From positions 1 through 32,974 of the forward strand of contig CAYUCJ010000001.1 in the NCBI GenBank assembly GCA_964443285.1: a stretch of DNA of 32,974 nt, written 5' to 3'. The translations under genes and the position numbers were made by a program. Position 1 is the stretch's first letter. Each line of letters begins with the position of its first letter. Below the pieces are notes generated by a model, which did not search any database, had not been told where the DNA came from, and saw only the letters and a list, made by a program, of their open reading frames with translations. Source of the stretch: an uncultured Desulfobacteraceae bacterium. Lineage in GTDB: Bacteria; Desulfobacterota; DSM-4660; Desulfatiglandales; Desulfatiglandaceae. Positions 1 through 9,011 of the stretch are shown one piece after another.

Positions 1-165
1 TTGCACCGATGCTCAGACCCGAGATACCTTGCCATGACATGCACATCCTCTGTCCGTTGCCATCCCGGATATTCTCTTATCTCAGGTTCGGATGAGATCG
101 TAATATGTTGCAGGTATCACAGATCTTGATGGCACAAAGCGTATAGCTCTGTTCACATTACTATC

Positions 166-438
166 CTATCCGAGTGCTTTATGGATTCTTTTTAAGCCCT
201 CTTCTAAGACTGATCTCGGACAAGCCAGATTGAAGCGAATATAACCATCTGAATTGGCAACGAACATGTTCCCACCTTCTAATAACACTCCAGCGTTGCT
301 GGCAAAATATAAGGATAGGCTTTCTTCTCTTGACAGATAGGCGCCTATATTAACCCATGCAAGATAAGTAGCCTCGGGAATACGAAGTACTGCTTTGGGC
401 AGGTAGGTTTCAAGATATTGCTTGGTAAAAGCAAAATT
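166..438 (-). pseudogene. 3'-terminal remnant of a MalY/PatB-type PLP-dependent C-S lyase (aminotransferase class I/II fold) gene
   Basis: Own minus-strand translation; the frame has no Met start, so it is absent from the ORF track: AFTKQYLETYLPKAVLRIPEATYLAWVNIGAYLSREESLSLYFASNAGVLLEGGNMFVANSDGYIRFNLACPRSVLEEGLKRIHKALG*. The stop is at 168..166. An in-frame TGA at 441..439 cuts the frame to about 90 codons. The E(A/G)TYLAW, GxxF and RFNxACPR blocks are conserved C-terminal blocks of MalY/PatB-like cystathionine beta-lyases, which are roughly 390 aa when intact. Confidence 0.55.
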
Positions 439-896
439 TCATCTACAACTATATCACTAAAGCCTCTTTTCAAAGGAGTTAATGTCACCGCCTGCGTTTT
501 GTCGGCCTCTTTCTGCTGAGCTCTATTGCCTGTTGCGCATCCGCTGAGTGCAATGATGAGAAAGACGGCAAAAATACAACCAAAGAAAAATACAAGCTTA
601 AAAGAATTGGTTCTGAAAACTTAATATCAAGTAACTTAGTGGGGTAGAAATTTAGTTGAATACATAGAGGAATAGGAGGGATCGCTTGCATTCTTAGGAA
701 GGATCCACTCCGTCAATAAATACTTAAGAGGTTTTGATTCAAAAGCGAACTGGTTAAACTCAGGGTAAATCCAGAAGCAAGGGGAAGTGGATTTATTTTC
801 CAGGGAATTTTGAGGCGTCCACAACCGCGGCAGCCTCTAAACGTGTCTTTTACTGCTCTGCGCTGAAGTGGGAATCTTTTCTACCCGAACTATCTG

Positions 897-924
897 TTGA
901 AATTTTGCAAAAAAAGTGTATAGA
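897..924 (+). promoter_or_regulatory. Candidate sigma70-type promoter for the first plus-strand operon
   Basis: -35 TTGAAA (897..902), 16-nt spacer, -10 TATAGA (919..924), about 50 nt upstream of the GTG at 974. Pattern match only. Confidence 0.3.
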
Positions 925-973
925 CTCCACACTAAGAATCAGGTGAACCGGATAGCTAAAAGGCAGGCCTTCA

Positions 974-1411
974 GTGAGCAACCTTGTGTCTACGGATAAC
1001 GATACCAAAAAAAGCAGTGAAGTACAGTTTACCGTCCCTTTTCACGATCTTGATCCCATGCAAATGGTTTGGCACGGCAATTATCTCAAGTATTTTGAGA
1101 TTGCTCGATCCGCACTCTTTGCCCGATCAGGTGTGGACCTTTTTGACTATTTTAAAAAAACGAATTGTCTATTTCCGATCATAAAGACAGCCACGAAACA
1201 CGTGGCTTCATTGAAATATCTTGATGAATTCAAATGTAAGGCAACCATCATTGAGGCAAAATGTAAGATTGTAGTGGAATTTCAAATAAGATTGCTTAGA
1301 AACAATCAACTCTGTGCAAAGGGAAGGACTGAACAGGTTGCAGTAAAATATCCCGAGAAAGAAATTTTGTTCGAAATACCGAAGGATATCCGTGAGGCTC
1401 TTGGATTTTAA
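974..1411 (+). CDS. 4HBT/YbgC-type hotdog-fold acyl-(CoA/ACP) thioesterase
   Basis: 145 aa, GTG start. The N-terminal block FTVPFHDLDPMQMVWHGNYLKYFEIAR is the catalytic-Asp plus HxxNY signature of 4-hydroxybenzoyl-CoA-thioesterase-like hotdog proteins. It is a paralogue of the ORF at 22434..22913 (HGNYLRYFEFGR). Confidence 0.8.
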   Translation: MSNLVSTDNDTKKSSEVQFTVPFHDLDPMQMVWHGNYLKYFEIARSALFARSGVDLFDYFKKTNCLFPIIKTATKHVASLKYLDEFKCKATIIEAKCKIVVEFQIRLLRNNQLCAKGRTEQVAVKYPEKEILFEIPKDIREALGF

Positions 1412-1413
1412 CT

Positions 1414-3132
1414 ATGGAACCCGATTTTCAAAAAGCATTGATTGCGGGAGTGGAGCGGGTTTCTGCATGGTCCGATGTGCTTGACCGAATCAATGTATTC
1501 CCGGTTGCGGATGGAGATACAGGACGCAATCTGAAAATCAGTCTCAGCCCGCTGCGACACATGAAAAAGCCTCGGGAAAAGACAATCCGTGATCTCCTGC
1601 TGTCGGCTCGCGGCAACTCAGGAAATATCGCAACTCGCTTTTTTTCGGGATTTTTGAACTCGGATTCCTGTGAAGGACTGTGTCATGCAACAAGAATCGG
1701 CAGGGATCTAGCGTGGGGGGCAGTGCACAACCCAGTTCCCGGAACGATGCTGACGGTTTTTGATGCTCTGGTTGATTTTTTGGAAAGAGAGGGTTTCGAA
1801 TATACCAATCAATGTGTCTCAGAGATTGTTAATCGGCTGGAAGAGGCCGTAAAGGCAACTCCGGAACTTCTGCCAAAGCTGAAATACGCCGGAGTAGTGG
1901 ATGCAGGGGCTTTGGGAATGTACATCTTTTTTGAAGGATTTTTTTTCGCTCTTGTAGGTCAAACCGAAAAATTTAGACTGATTCAGGTTGTATTCGAGAA
2001 CATGCTTGAAGTTTCTCCCTCCTTTCAGGAAGAGATGGAGGAAGGATACTGTGCAGACATGGTTCTCCACTTCCAGACCAACGCCGAAGAAAAAGTGGAG
2101 AAACTCTCCGAATGCGGTGGTAGTTTGGTAATCATTCCTCACCAGGAATATTTTAAGGTGCATTTACATACGGCTGACACCAGGAAAACCAGAAGCCGGA
2201 TTGAATGCCTGGGCGAGGTTATGCAATGGTCGGATGATAATATTGGAAGTCAAATCAAGTCGTTTAAACGCCAACCTCGCCGAGATGCCATTCATATAGT
2301 GACGGACGCGGCTGGCTCTATCACCCTCGATGATTCTTGTGAACTGGGATTTACTCTCCTTGACAGCTATATCAATGCAGGCGAAAAGTGCCTCCCTGAA
2401 ACACTGTTTTGTCCGTCCGAACTCTACAGGCTCATGCGAGCGGGCGTAAAAGCCTCGACTTCTCAGGCTTCAGTATTTGAAAGACATCAGTGTTATCAGA
2501 GAATCATTCATCAGTACCCCAGGGCACTGTACCTCTGCACAGGGTCTGTTTTCACCGGGAACTACCAGGTGGCTATGGACTGGAAACAAAAACATGATCC
2601 GGATGATTGTCTGACCGTTATCGACACTGCGGCCGCCTCAGGCAGACTGGGCGTCATTGTTATAGCCACTGCAAAATATTCCGCCAAAATCGATGACCCC
2701 GAGGCGGTGATCGAATTTGCCAATCGCACGATCAATGAGTGCCAGGAGTATGTCTTTCTTGATAAGCTTAAATATTTGGCCGCAGGAGGGCGGTTATCTA
2801 AATCAAGTGCATTTCTCGGAGACGCATTTCATGTTAAGCCGATTATCAGTCCGACGGCTGAGGGGGCTAAGAAGGTAGGCGTCGTAAAGAATCAAGAGGG
2901 GCAACTGGAGTTTGCCCTTCAGAGGCTTGAAGAGTCTCTCGATCACGCCTCAGCTCCTCTCATTATACTGGAGTATTCCGACAACCTTGCCTGGGTTATC
3001 GATACGCCAAAAAAAGAAATTGAAAGGGCTTACCCTTCAGCGGAGGTCCTGCTCAAGCCTTTATCTTTGTCTTCCGGGGTTCATATGGGTCCCGGGACCT
3101 GGGCGGTGGCCTTCCTGCCTGAATCGGCTTAG
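1414..3132 (+). CDS. DhaL/DAK2 (FakA N-terminal-like kinase domain) fused to a DegV (FakB-like fatty-acid-binding) domain
   Basis: 572 aa. The N-terminus has INVFPVADGDTGRNL and ARGNSGNI, the DAK2/YloV-FakA nucleotide-binding motifs. The C-terminal half has IHIVTDAAGS, KASTSQAS, GSVFTGNYQVA and VIDTAAASGRLG, which line up with the DegV blocks (IVTDS, TSQPS, LSGTYQSA, VIDSxxxSxGxG). The start lies 2 nt after the upstream stop. Confidence 0.85.
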   Translation: MEPDFQKALIAGVERVSAWSDVLDRINVFPVADGDTGRNLKISLSPLRHMKKPREKTIRDLLLSARGNSGNIATRFFSGFLNSDSCEGLCHATRIGRDLAWGAVHNPVPGTMLTVFDALVDFLEREGFEYTNQCVSEIVNRLEEAVKATPELLPKLKYAGVVDAGALGMYIFFEGFFFALVGQTEKFRLIQVVFENMLEVSPSFQEEMEEGYCADMVLHFQTNAEEKVEKLSECGGSLVIIPHQEYFKVHLHTADTRKTRSRIECLGEVMQWSDDNIGSQIKSFKRQPRRDAIHIVTDAAGSITLDDSCELGFTLLDSYINAGEKCLPETLFCPSELYRLMRAGVKASTSQASVFERHQCYQRIIHQYPRALYLCTGSVFTGNYQVAMDWKQKHDPDDCLTVIDTAAASGRLGVIVIATAKYSAKIDDPEAVIEFANRTINECQEYVFLDKLKYLAAGGRLSKSSAFLGDAFHVKPIISPTAEGAKKVGVVKNQEGQLEFALQRLEESLDHASAPLIILEYSDNLAWVIDTPKKEIERAYPSAEVLLKPLSLSSGVHMGPGTWAVAFLPESA

Positions 3133-3141
3133 GTTTCGAGA

Positions 3142-3993
3142 GTGAAGACAAAAAATTTCTTTCGGTTTCAGGGATTGGATGGGGACAACTCTGAAAGTTG
3201 TTACTTCAGCCTGAAGGAGGAAAATATCCGGCAGAATGTTGAGTTAACGGAAATTGACAGTAAGGGACGATTCGCTCTTGTGATTCCCACCTATAATCAC
3301 GGGAAACGAGTTGCAGAGGTTGTGAAGGAATCCCTGAAGTTTAACCTCCCATTGTTCGTGGTTGACGACGGTTCCACGGATCTAACCCAAGCCATGATTG
3401 CGGACCTCGAAGGGGTCTGTCCTCTGAGACACAATGAAAATCGCGGAAAAGGAGCGGCGATCCTTACAGGGTTTGCCGAAGCCTCTAAAGTTGCGGATTG
3501 GGCCATTACAATAGATGCGGATGGGCAACATAACCCTCAAGATGCCTTGAAAATGGTTCAGGCGATTCCTGAAAATGAACGACCTATCATCGTGGGGATG
3601 AGGCGAGGAATGGAGGGGAAGAGCGTCCCGTGGACCAGTCGATTTGGACGGAAGTTTTCCAATTTCTGGGTGTTGCTTTCAGGTGGACCCACCATGAAGG
3701 ATTCTCAAAGCGGATTCAGAATCTATCCTATCCCCGAAGCAATGAATCTGAACGTCCTTTCAAGACGATTTCAGTTCGAGGTTGAGATCCTGGTAAAGGC
3801 CGGATGGAAAAAAATGCGGGTCATCGAAGTGCCGGTCGAGGTGAATTATGGCCAGGGGGCTGAAAGGATCTCCCACTATAGGCCAGTTGTCGATTTCTTG
3901 AGAAACAGTAGCACGTTTGCCCGACTCATTATACAAAGGATAATCAGGCGTTTTACCCCTCTCTTCCGATCTGGAGGAACCCCCGTAATTTGA
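3142..3993 (+). CDS. Family 2 glycosyltransferase (DPM1/ArnC-like polyprenyl-phosphate or lipid glycosyltransferase)
   Basis: 283 aa, GTG start. Motifs: LVIPTYNH, VVDDGSTD, ENRGKGAA and the DxD-type ITIDADGQH. Confidence 0.85.
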   Translation: MKTKNFFRFQGLDGDNSESCYFSLKEENIRQNVELTEIDSKGRFALVIPTYNHGKRVAEVVKESLKFNLPLFVVDDGSTDLTQAMIADLEGVCPLRHNENRGKGAAILTGFAEASKVADWAITIDADGQHNPQDALKMVQAIPENERPIIVGMRRGMEGKSVPWTSRFGRKFSNFWVLLSGGPTMKDSQSGFRIYPIPEAMNLNVLSRRFQFEVEILVKAGWKKMRVIEVPVEVNYGQGAERISHYRPVVDFLRNSSTFARLIIQRIIRRFTPLFRSGGTPVI

Positions 3994-4089
3994 CCCCGCT
4001 TCAGCCCACAGCGGGGGAGCAAGGGAAGAAGTCGAGCGATGGGACGCAGTTCTCAGACCTCATACGCGAGGGAGCCTTAGCCGCGAGCA

Positions 4090-4977
4090 ATGAGAAAAAT
4101 TTTTCATAGAAGCGTAAGTCTGTTTTCAAAGGCAGCGGGCTCATGGATTTTTGTCGCATACGCTTGGGTCGTCTCAACAGGTTTTTTCCTCTTTTTCCCT
4201 TTAAGAGTTCGAAACAGTGTTCGCTTTTATCGGATTCTTTTTCCAGACCGTAATCGGACGTTTCATCTCTGGTGCGTTTGGCGGCAGTTTCACAATTTTG
4301 CAGATGTGTTTGTCGACCGCTTTTTGCTGCAGAAATTTTCGGATATCACATATTCGTCCGAAGGCTGGGAACACCTTGATCAAGCCCTTCGGGAAGGGCA
4401 CGGGGGAATTCTGCTCATGTCCCATATGGGGAACTGGGAGGTCGCTGCACATCTTTTAAAAAGCAAAGACCACAACCTGAAGTTGCTTCTCTACATGGGG
4501 GCCAAACATAAAGAGCAACTCGAGCGAATTCAAAAGGAGAGTCTTTCCCAAAGCGGCATAAGAATTATTGCCGTGGATCATCGAGGCGGATCTCCCTTGG
4601 ATCTTGTCGAGGGAATGAGGTTCATCAACTCGGGCGGGCTGGTTTCCTTAACCGGCGACCTGCTTTGGAAAGAGGATCAGCGGAGCGCATCGGTGACTTT
4701 CTTGGGGCAGGAAGTCTGCCTTCCAGCGACACCACACTTGCTGGCGCTTTTGTCCGGTGCTCCTTTATTTGTCTTTTTTGCCTTTCCAGCGGGAAATAGG
4801 CACTATCACTTTACCTTGTCCGAACCCATATACATCCAGGCCTCTTCCCGAGGCGAGAGAACGGAGGCCATCCGACGTTCTGCTCAAAGTTATGCAAATA
4901 TACTGGAAGAAGCCCTTCGAAAGAACCCTCTGCAATGGTATCACTTCGAGCCGTTCTTCGGTTCGAAATCAAAATGA
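4090..4977 (+). CDS. LpxL/HtrB-family (lipid A biosynthesis-type) lysolipid acyltransferase
   Basis: 295 aa with an N-terminal TM helix. GGILLMSHMGNWEVAAH matches the HX4(D/E) catalytic block of lauroyl/myristoyl acyltransferases. Overall length and layout fit this family. Confidence 0.75.
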   Translation: MRKIFHRSVSLFSKAAGSWIFVAYAWVVSTGFFLFFPLRVRNSVRFYRILFPDRNRTFHLWCVWRQFHNFADVFVDRFLLQKFSDITYSSEGWEHLDQALREGHGGILLMSHMGNWEVAAHLLKSKDHNLKLLLYMGAKHKEQLERIQKESLSQSGIRIIAVDHRGGSPLDLVEGMRFINSGGLVSLTGDLLWKEDQRSASVTFLGQEVCLPATPHLLALLSGAPLFVFFAFPAGNRHYHFTLSEPIYIQASSRGERTEAIRRSAQSYANILEEALRKNPLQWYHFEPFFGSKSK

Positions 4978-5089
4978 TCAGGAGTCCGATTCCGGTGATT
5001 CCCAAGTCTTCGCATCTTTGCGGCAGACAGAAGCCGGGAGATTTTTGGTTGCATTCGCGCCGCTCAATCTATAGCATACGGGCAGGGAA

Positions 5090-5365
5090 GTGGAAAATCT
5101 TATGAAACGCGACGAAATAGAATCCCAAATTCTCCAAATCTTCAGAGATCAATTCGAAATAGCGAACCCGGGCCTGGACCAAGACTTGAGAGAGGTGTAT
5201 GAGTTCGACAGCATCGACGCCATTGAACTCCTGAGGGAGATAGAAGTGTTGCTCGGCGCTAAACTGACGCGGGAAGAAAAGAAAAGCGCCATGGACATAC
5301 GAACGATCAACCAGATTCTTGATTACATCGAGTCGATCGGGGCGAGTAGGGCCGCACAGGTATAA
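5090..5365 (+). CDS. Acyl carrier protein (cluster-specific ACP 1)
   Basis: 91 aa from GTG 5090; an alternative ATG at 5102 would give 87 aa. The phosphopantetheine attachment motif is YEFDSIDAIELL. Confidence 0.85.
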   Translation: MENLMKRDEIESQILQIFRDQFEIANPGLDQDLREVYEFDSIDAIELLREIEVLLGAKLTREEKKSAMDIRTINQILDYIESIGASRAAQV

Positions 5366-5390
5366 CGCGTCAATTTTAAGAGATTTTTTG

Positions 5391-6629
5391 ATGAAACGAA
5401 GAGTCGTCATTACGGGATGCTCCGCCATAACGCCGATTGGTCACGGTAAGAAAGAAATCGTTCGCCATCTGGTAGATGGAATTTCCGGGGTTAAAAAATT
5501 GCGCGCTGATGATTTGCTTTCTGAATACATCCACTCCGGCGTCTATGGAACAGTGAGTTATCCGATTGAGTATGCCTTCAGGCGTCGGGATCGCAAGACC
5601 ATGGGGCCGGTTTCTTATTACGCTTGTCAAGTGGCAAAGGAGGCCATAGAAGAATCCGGTCTTGACGATGCCTATATCCGGTCAGGCAGGCTGGGTGTGG
5701 CTTTCGGGTCGACTCATGGCAGTCCTACCGTCCAAAGGCAGATCTACAAGTCGTTCTTCAGCGAATCTAAATCCGAATTCTCCTCCATAGGGGCCGTGGA
5801 TTACCTGAAATCGATGGTCCACACCACGGCAGTGAATATTACCAAGATGTTCGGCATCACCGGTCGGGTTCTCTCTTCTTCCACTGCCTGCACCACCAGC
5901 AGCCAGTCGATCGGATTCGGATACGAAATGATCAAGTTCGGCATTCAGGATGCGATGCTTTGTGGAGGCGCGGACGAGTACGACACGACGACGGTGGCCG
6001 TATTCGACAGCCTGATGGCCTGCTCGACCGCCTTCAACGACGCACCCCACCTTACCCCTCGCCCCTTCGACGAACAAAGAGACGGCCTTGTGGTTGGGGA
6101 AGGCGCTGGCGCCCTTCTGTTGGAAGAATATGAATCGGCCAAAAAGAGGAAAGCGAACATCTTGGCCGAGGTTATAGGGTTTTCCTGCAACAATAACGGC
6201 GGCGATTTGATTTTGCCTAATCTCGACGGAATTACTGAGACCATTCGTCTGGGGCTCAAAGATGCCGATGTCACCCCGGATTCAGTTGATTTTGTGAGCG
6301 CTCACGCCACTGCTACGAAGATGGGCGACATTATAGAAGCGCAAGCGATAGGAAAGGTGTACGGAACTTCTCCTGTGGTTGCAAGCTTGAAGAGCTACAT
6401 GGGACACACCATGGGATCGTGTGGGGCCATAGAGACCATCATGACCCTTTATATGATGGAAAGTGGATTTATCGCACCGACGTTGAACCTGAACAAGATC
6501 GATGAACGATGCAAGATGATTCACCTTGCGGTGGAACTCCTTGAATCCGACATTCGCCTTGCCGCGATTCAGAATTTCGCCTTTGGAGGTGTGAACACCT
6601 GTCTTGTGTTGAAGAAGTTCGATCAGTGA
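5391..6629 (+). CDS. Beta-ketoacyl-ACP synthase, FabF/FabB-like (KS-1)
   Basis: The ORF-track frame 5319..6629 is trimmed to ATG 5391 (MKRRVVITGCSAITPIG), because the longer form overlaps the ACP. The catalytic triad is present: SSTACTTSS (Cys), SAHATATKMGD (His), MGHTMGSCG (His). The C-terminus is NFAFGGVN. Confidence 0.9.
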   Translation: MKRRVVITGCSAITPIGHGKKEIVRHLVDGISGVKKLRADDLLSEYIHSGVYGTVSYPIEYAFRRRDRKTMGPVSYYACQVAKEAIEESGLDDAYIRSGRLGVAFGSTHGSPTVQRQIYKSFFSESKSEFSSIGAVDYLKSMVHTTAVNITKMFGITGRVLSSSTACTTSSQSIGFGYEMIKFGIQDAMLCGGADEYDTTTVAVFDSLMACSTAFNDAPHLTPRPFDEQRDGLVVGEGAGALLLEEYESAKKRKANILAEVIGFSCNNNGGDLILPNLDGITETIRLGLKDADVTPDSVDFVSAHATATKMGDIIEAQAIGKVYGTSPVVASLKSYMGHTMGSCGAIETIMTLYMMESGFIAPTLNLNKIDERCKMIHLAVELLESDIRLAAIQNFAFGGVNTCLVLKKFDQ

Positions 6630-7427
6630 TTGATCGGCAACACCGAGCCAAGCGAAATGAAGGCACTCTTAAGATCTCTTTATGACGTTGCGGTGACCCT
6701 ATTTCTCTGGTTTTATTACAGCCTCGGCTTCATTCTCTTCTTCGCCTCCTTCTATGTGGCCGCCTATCTTTTTTCTAAGAGTCGTGAGAGATCATTTCAG
6801 AGATTGAATCACCGATTTTACAAGGGATTCTTTTTTCTGCTCCGTCTTTTGGTCCCATGGGACAGATGGCGCATAGACGATGACGTCCTAAAAATCAGAT
6901 CTTCCGTTATCGTCTGCAACCACGTGTCGTATCTCGATCCTATCCTCATGATAGCGTTGTTTGAAAGACATAAGACTATCGTAAAGGCACGCTTTTTCAA
7001 GATGCCCATTTTTCGCCAGATCATCGAGCTGTCGGGGTACCTTCCCTCATCTTCGACCGGTAGGACAAGAAACATGATGGTTCAAAGGCTGGAAGAAATG
7101 GAGACTTACCTTGCCTCCGGTGGCAACCTCTTTGTTTTTCCGGAAGGAACGCGAAGCCGGGACGGTAAGGTGGGTCGGTTGAACAAGGGGGCGTTCAAGA
7201 TTGCCAGGCTTTGCAAAAAGCCGATCAAGGTCCTCTTCATTCGCAACACGGACAAATTGTTTCAGCCTGGAAAATTTTTGTTCAATACGTGCTCTTCGAA
7301 CACCGTCAGTGTGAAACTGCTTGCCAGCCTTGAACCTAACTATCAAAGCAGCGATTTTTCAATAGCTAAATTGGCGTCGGAGGTACATTCGTTGTTGGAG
7401 GCCCAAAGCGCGGAAGGAGCTGTTTGA
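6630..7427 (+). CDS. PlsC-family 1-acyl-sn-glycerol-3-phosphate (lysophospholipid) acyltransferase
   Basis: 265 aa from TTG 6630, which directly abuts the KS stop; an alternative ATG lies at 6657. Features: an N-terminal TM segment, the HX4D motif VCNHVSYLDP, and FPEGTRSRDG. Confidence 0.85.
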   Translation: MIGNTEPSEMKALLRSLYDVAVTLFLWFYYSLGFILFFASFYVAAYLFSKSRERSFQRLNHRFYKGFFFLLRLLVPWDRWRIDDDVLKIRSSVIVCNHVSYLDPILMIALFERHKTIVKARFFKMPIFRQIIELSGYLPSSSTGRTRNMMVQRLEEMETYLASGGNLFVFPEGTRSRDGKVGRLNKGAFKIARLCKKPIKVLFIRNTDKLFQPGKFLFNTCSSNTVSVKLLASLEPNYQSSDFSIAKLASEVHSLLEAQSAEGAV

Positions 7428-7512
7428 AAGCTTCCATAACCTGTCTAGGTGAACCTGATGGGCGCCAGGAGCAGGATGGACGCTTTATTTTTGAAGCACT
7501 GCGAGGGAGATT

Positions 7513-9003
7513 ATGAAGATTATCTTGATGTCCATGCCGGATGTGGCACCATTGATCATGCATGAATCCGCCTTCCATATGCCCAATTGCGGCATTGCCA
7601 GTGTCGGAGCGAATATCGACGACGGTCATGAAATCTACATTATCGACCTCATCCGAAAGCGCAAGCATCTGAGAAGGTATCTGACCAAGAAATTGCTGAA
7701 AATTTGTCCGGACCTTGTCGGGTTGTCGGCCATGGCATGGCAGTACGAAACCTGCGTAAAAATCATCAAGCTGATCAAGAGGCTGCTTCCGGAAACGAAG
7801 ATTCTCATCGGAGGGTACCATGCCACTTTGATGTATGAGGAGATTGCCGGATCCGACGAGGCACGATTGATCGACTTCATGGTGTGTGGAGAGGGAGAAG
7901 AGGCCTGCCGGCGTTTGGTCAATGCCCTGGAACGAAAAGATCTCTTCGAAAAGATCCCTTCGCTTTCCTACAAAAAGGGCGGACGCTTCGTCCACAATCC
8001 CAGAGGAGAGCTCCTGAATTTAGCCAAACTGAGACGTCCGATCAGAGACAAGCGGCGGTTGACCTGGGGATACCACATTATGAATTCCAAGGTTGAAGTC
8101 TTGGAAACCTCCCGGGGCTGCACGCGGACGTGCACTTTTTGCAGCATGAATCACATGTACGGGAGAGCGTTCAGGACGTTCCCAATCGAACGGGTAATGG
8201 CCGATTTGGATGAGATCTATCACCGCTGTAAGGCCAGATGGGTTTTTGTTGCAGACGACAACCTGGTCTTGGACCCTGCAAGGGTACTCAAAATCTGCGA
8301 CGCCATCATCGCACGGAATTTTCGGAACCTGCACCTGGTGGTCCAAGCTGACTGTGTGTCGATATCTCAAAATGAGGAAATGGTCCGCAAGATGGCCCAA
8401 GCCGGGATCAAAACCATTTTTCTGGGCATTGAAAACGTGTCTAAAAAGAACCTGGCCGAAGCCAGGAAGGGGAACATCGTAGAGGCCTCTCGAAAGGCTG
8501 TGGCGATGTGCCAAAAATACGACATCATGGTGGTCGGGGGGCTCATTTTCGGCTTTCCGGAAGACAACGAAACGGCCATCATAGAAAACTATGCCTTCTT
8601 GAAATCCATCGGAGCGGATACCGCCTACTGTCAGATTCTCACTCCCTATCCCAAAACCGTCATGCGCCAGCACTTGCTCGATGAAGGCCTGGTGACAAAC
8701 CTCCACGATTATAAATGGTACAATGGCATGTGGGCCAACGTGAAGACGAAGCACTTGGATTCCGATCGGCTACAGTATCTGTTCTGGTACCATCGCCAAA
8801 AGGTCCTGGGCTGGTGGGAGCCTTCGGAGCGTATCCGCCAGCAGGGATGGCTGTGGACCTCTATCTGGATCTATGCCTTCAGGCCCTTGTTGAAGCTTCT
8901 GATCAACCGGTCGCTCAGAAAGTACGGTTGGAGAGGACGCTATGAGAGAGAGATGAAACGCTTGTCCCGTGTGAACGCCTTTCCGGACCTGAAGGGGTTG
9001 TAA
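7513..9003 (+). CDS. Class B (cobalamin-binding domain) radical SAM enzyme, rSAM-1
   Basis: 496 aa. The N-terminal Rossmann-like B12-binding region is LVGLSAMAWQYETCVKIIKLIKRLLPETKILIGGYHAT. The CX3CX2C cluster motif is TSRGCTRTCTFCSM. A good SD (GAGGGAGA) lies upstream. Confidence 0.9.
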   Translation: MKIILMSMPDVAPLIMHESAFHMPNCGIASVGANIDDGHEIYIIDLIRKRKHLRRYLTKKLLKICPDLVGLSAMAWQYETCVKIIKLIKRLLPETKILIGGYHATLMYEEIAGSDEARLIDFMVCGEGEEACRRLVNALERKDLFEKIPSLSYKKGGRFVHNPRGELLNLAKLRRPIRDKRRLTWGYHIMNSKVEVLETSRGCTRTCTFCSMNHMYGRAFRTFPIERVMADLDEIYHRCKARWVFVADDNLVLDPARVLKICDAIIARNFRNLHLVVQADCVSISQNEEMVRKMAQAGIKTIFLGIENVSKKNLAEARKGNIVEASRKAVAMCQKYDIMVVGGLIFGFPEDNETAIIENYAFLKSIGADTAYCQILTPYPKTVMRQHLLDEGLVTNLHDYKWYNGMWANVKTKHLDSDRLQYLFWYHRQKVLGWWEPSERIRQQGWLWTSIWIYAFRPLLKLLINRSLRKYGWRGRYEREMKRLSRVNAFPDLKGL

Positions 9004-9011
9004 GCTCGGGC

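Noticed and set aside
1-40. A possible minus-strand gene start (ATG at 40..38, AGAGGA upstream, MSWQGISGLSIGA...) running off the left edge.
   Set aside because: Only 13 codons are visible, which is far too little to support a call.
345-620. A minus-strand frame encoding a lipoprotein-like signal (KLVFFFGCIFAVFLIIALSGCATGN...).
   Set aside because: The lipobox-like LSGC is attractive. However, the frame opens after a TAA at 623..621 and has no ATG/GTG/TTG before the hydrophobic segment. It also overlaps the C-S lyase remnant in another frame. At best it is another decayed gene, so it is not reported as a feature.
485-824. ORF-track entries 485..691 and 636..824 on the minus strand.
   Set aside because: They have no recognisable motifs and overlap each other. 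They lie in the AT-rich decayed flank. They are more likely chance ORFs than genes.
3994-4016. The hairpin CCCCGC-(11 nt)-GCGGGG directly after the GT2 stop.
   Set aside because: The stem is only 6 bp, the loop is large, and no U-tract follows. It lies inside an apparently continuous operon. It is possibly an RNA stability element, but there is not enough signal.
5319-5390. The longer N-terminal extensions offered by the ORF track for KS-1 (5319), rSAM-4 (17635), the second thioesterase (22299), ACP 2 (13153) and KS-CLF (13416).
   Set aside because: The extensions overlap the preceding genes by tens to more than 100 nt and add non-homologous residues ahead of the conserved family N-termini. 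Internal starts with an SD or a stop/start overlap fit better.
7366-7995. Long antisense ORFs opposite recognised genes. The set is 7366..7995, 8020..8754, 9606..10292, 16763..17251, 17692..18414, 19464..19919, 20501..20944 and 22377..22835.
   Set aside because: Each lies entirely opposite a gene with unmistakable family motifs (radical SAM, KS, thioesterase). Their translations are low-complexity, Arg/Gly/Pro-rich and carry no recognisable motif. This is the typical shadow-ORF pattern in moderately GC-rich coding DNA.
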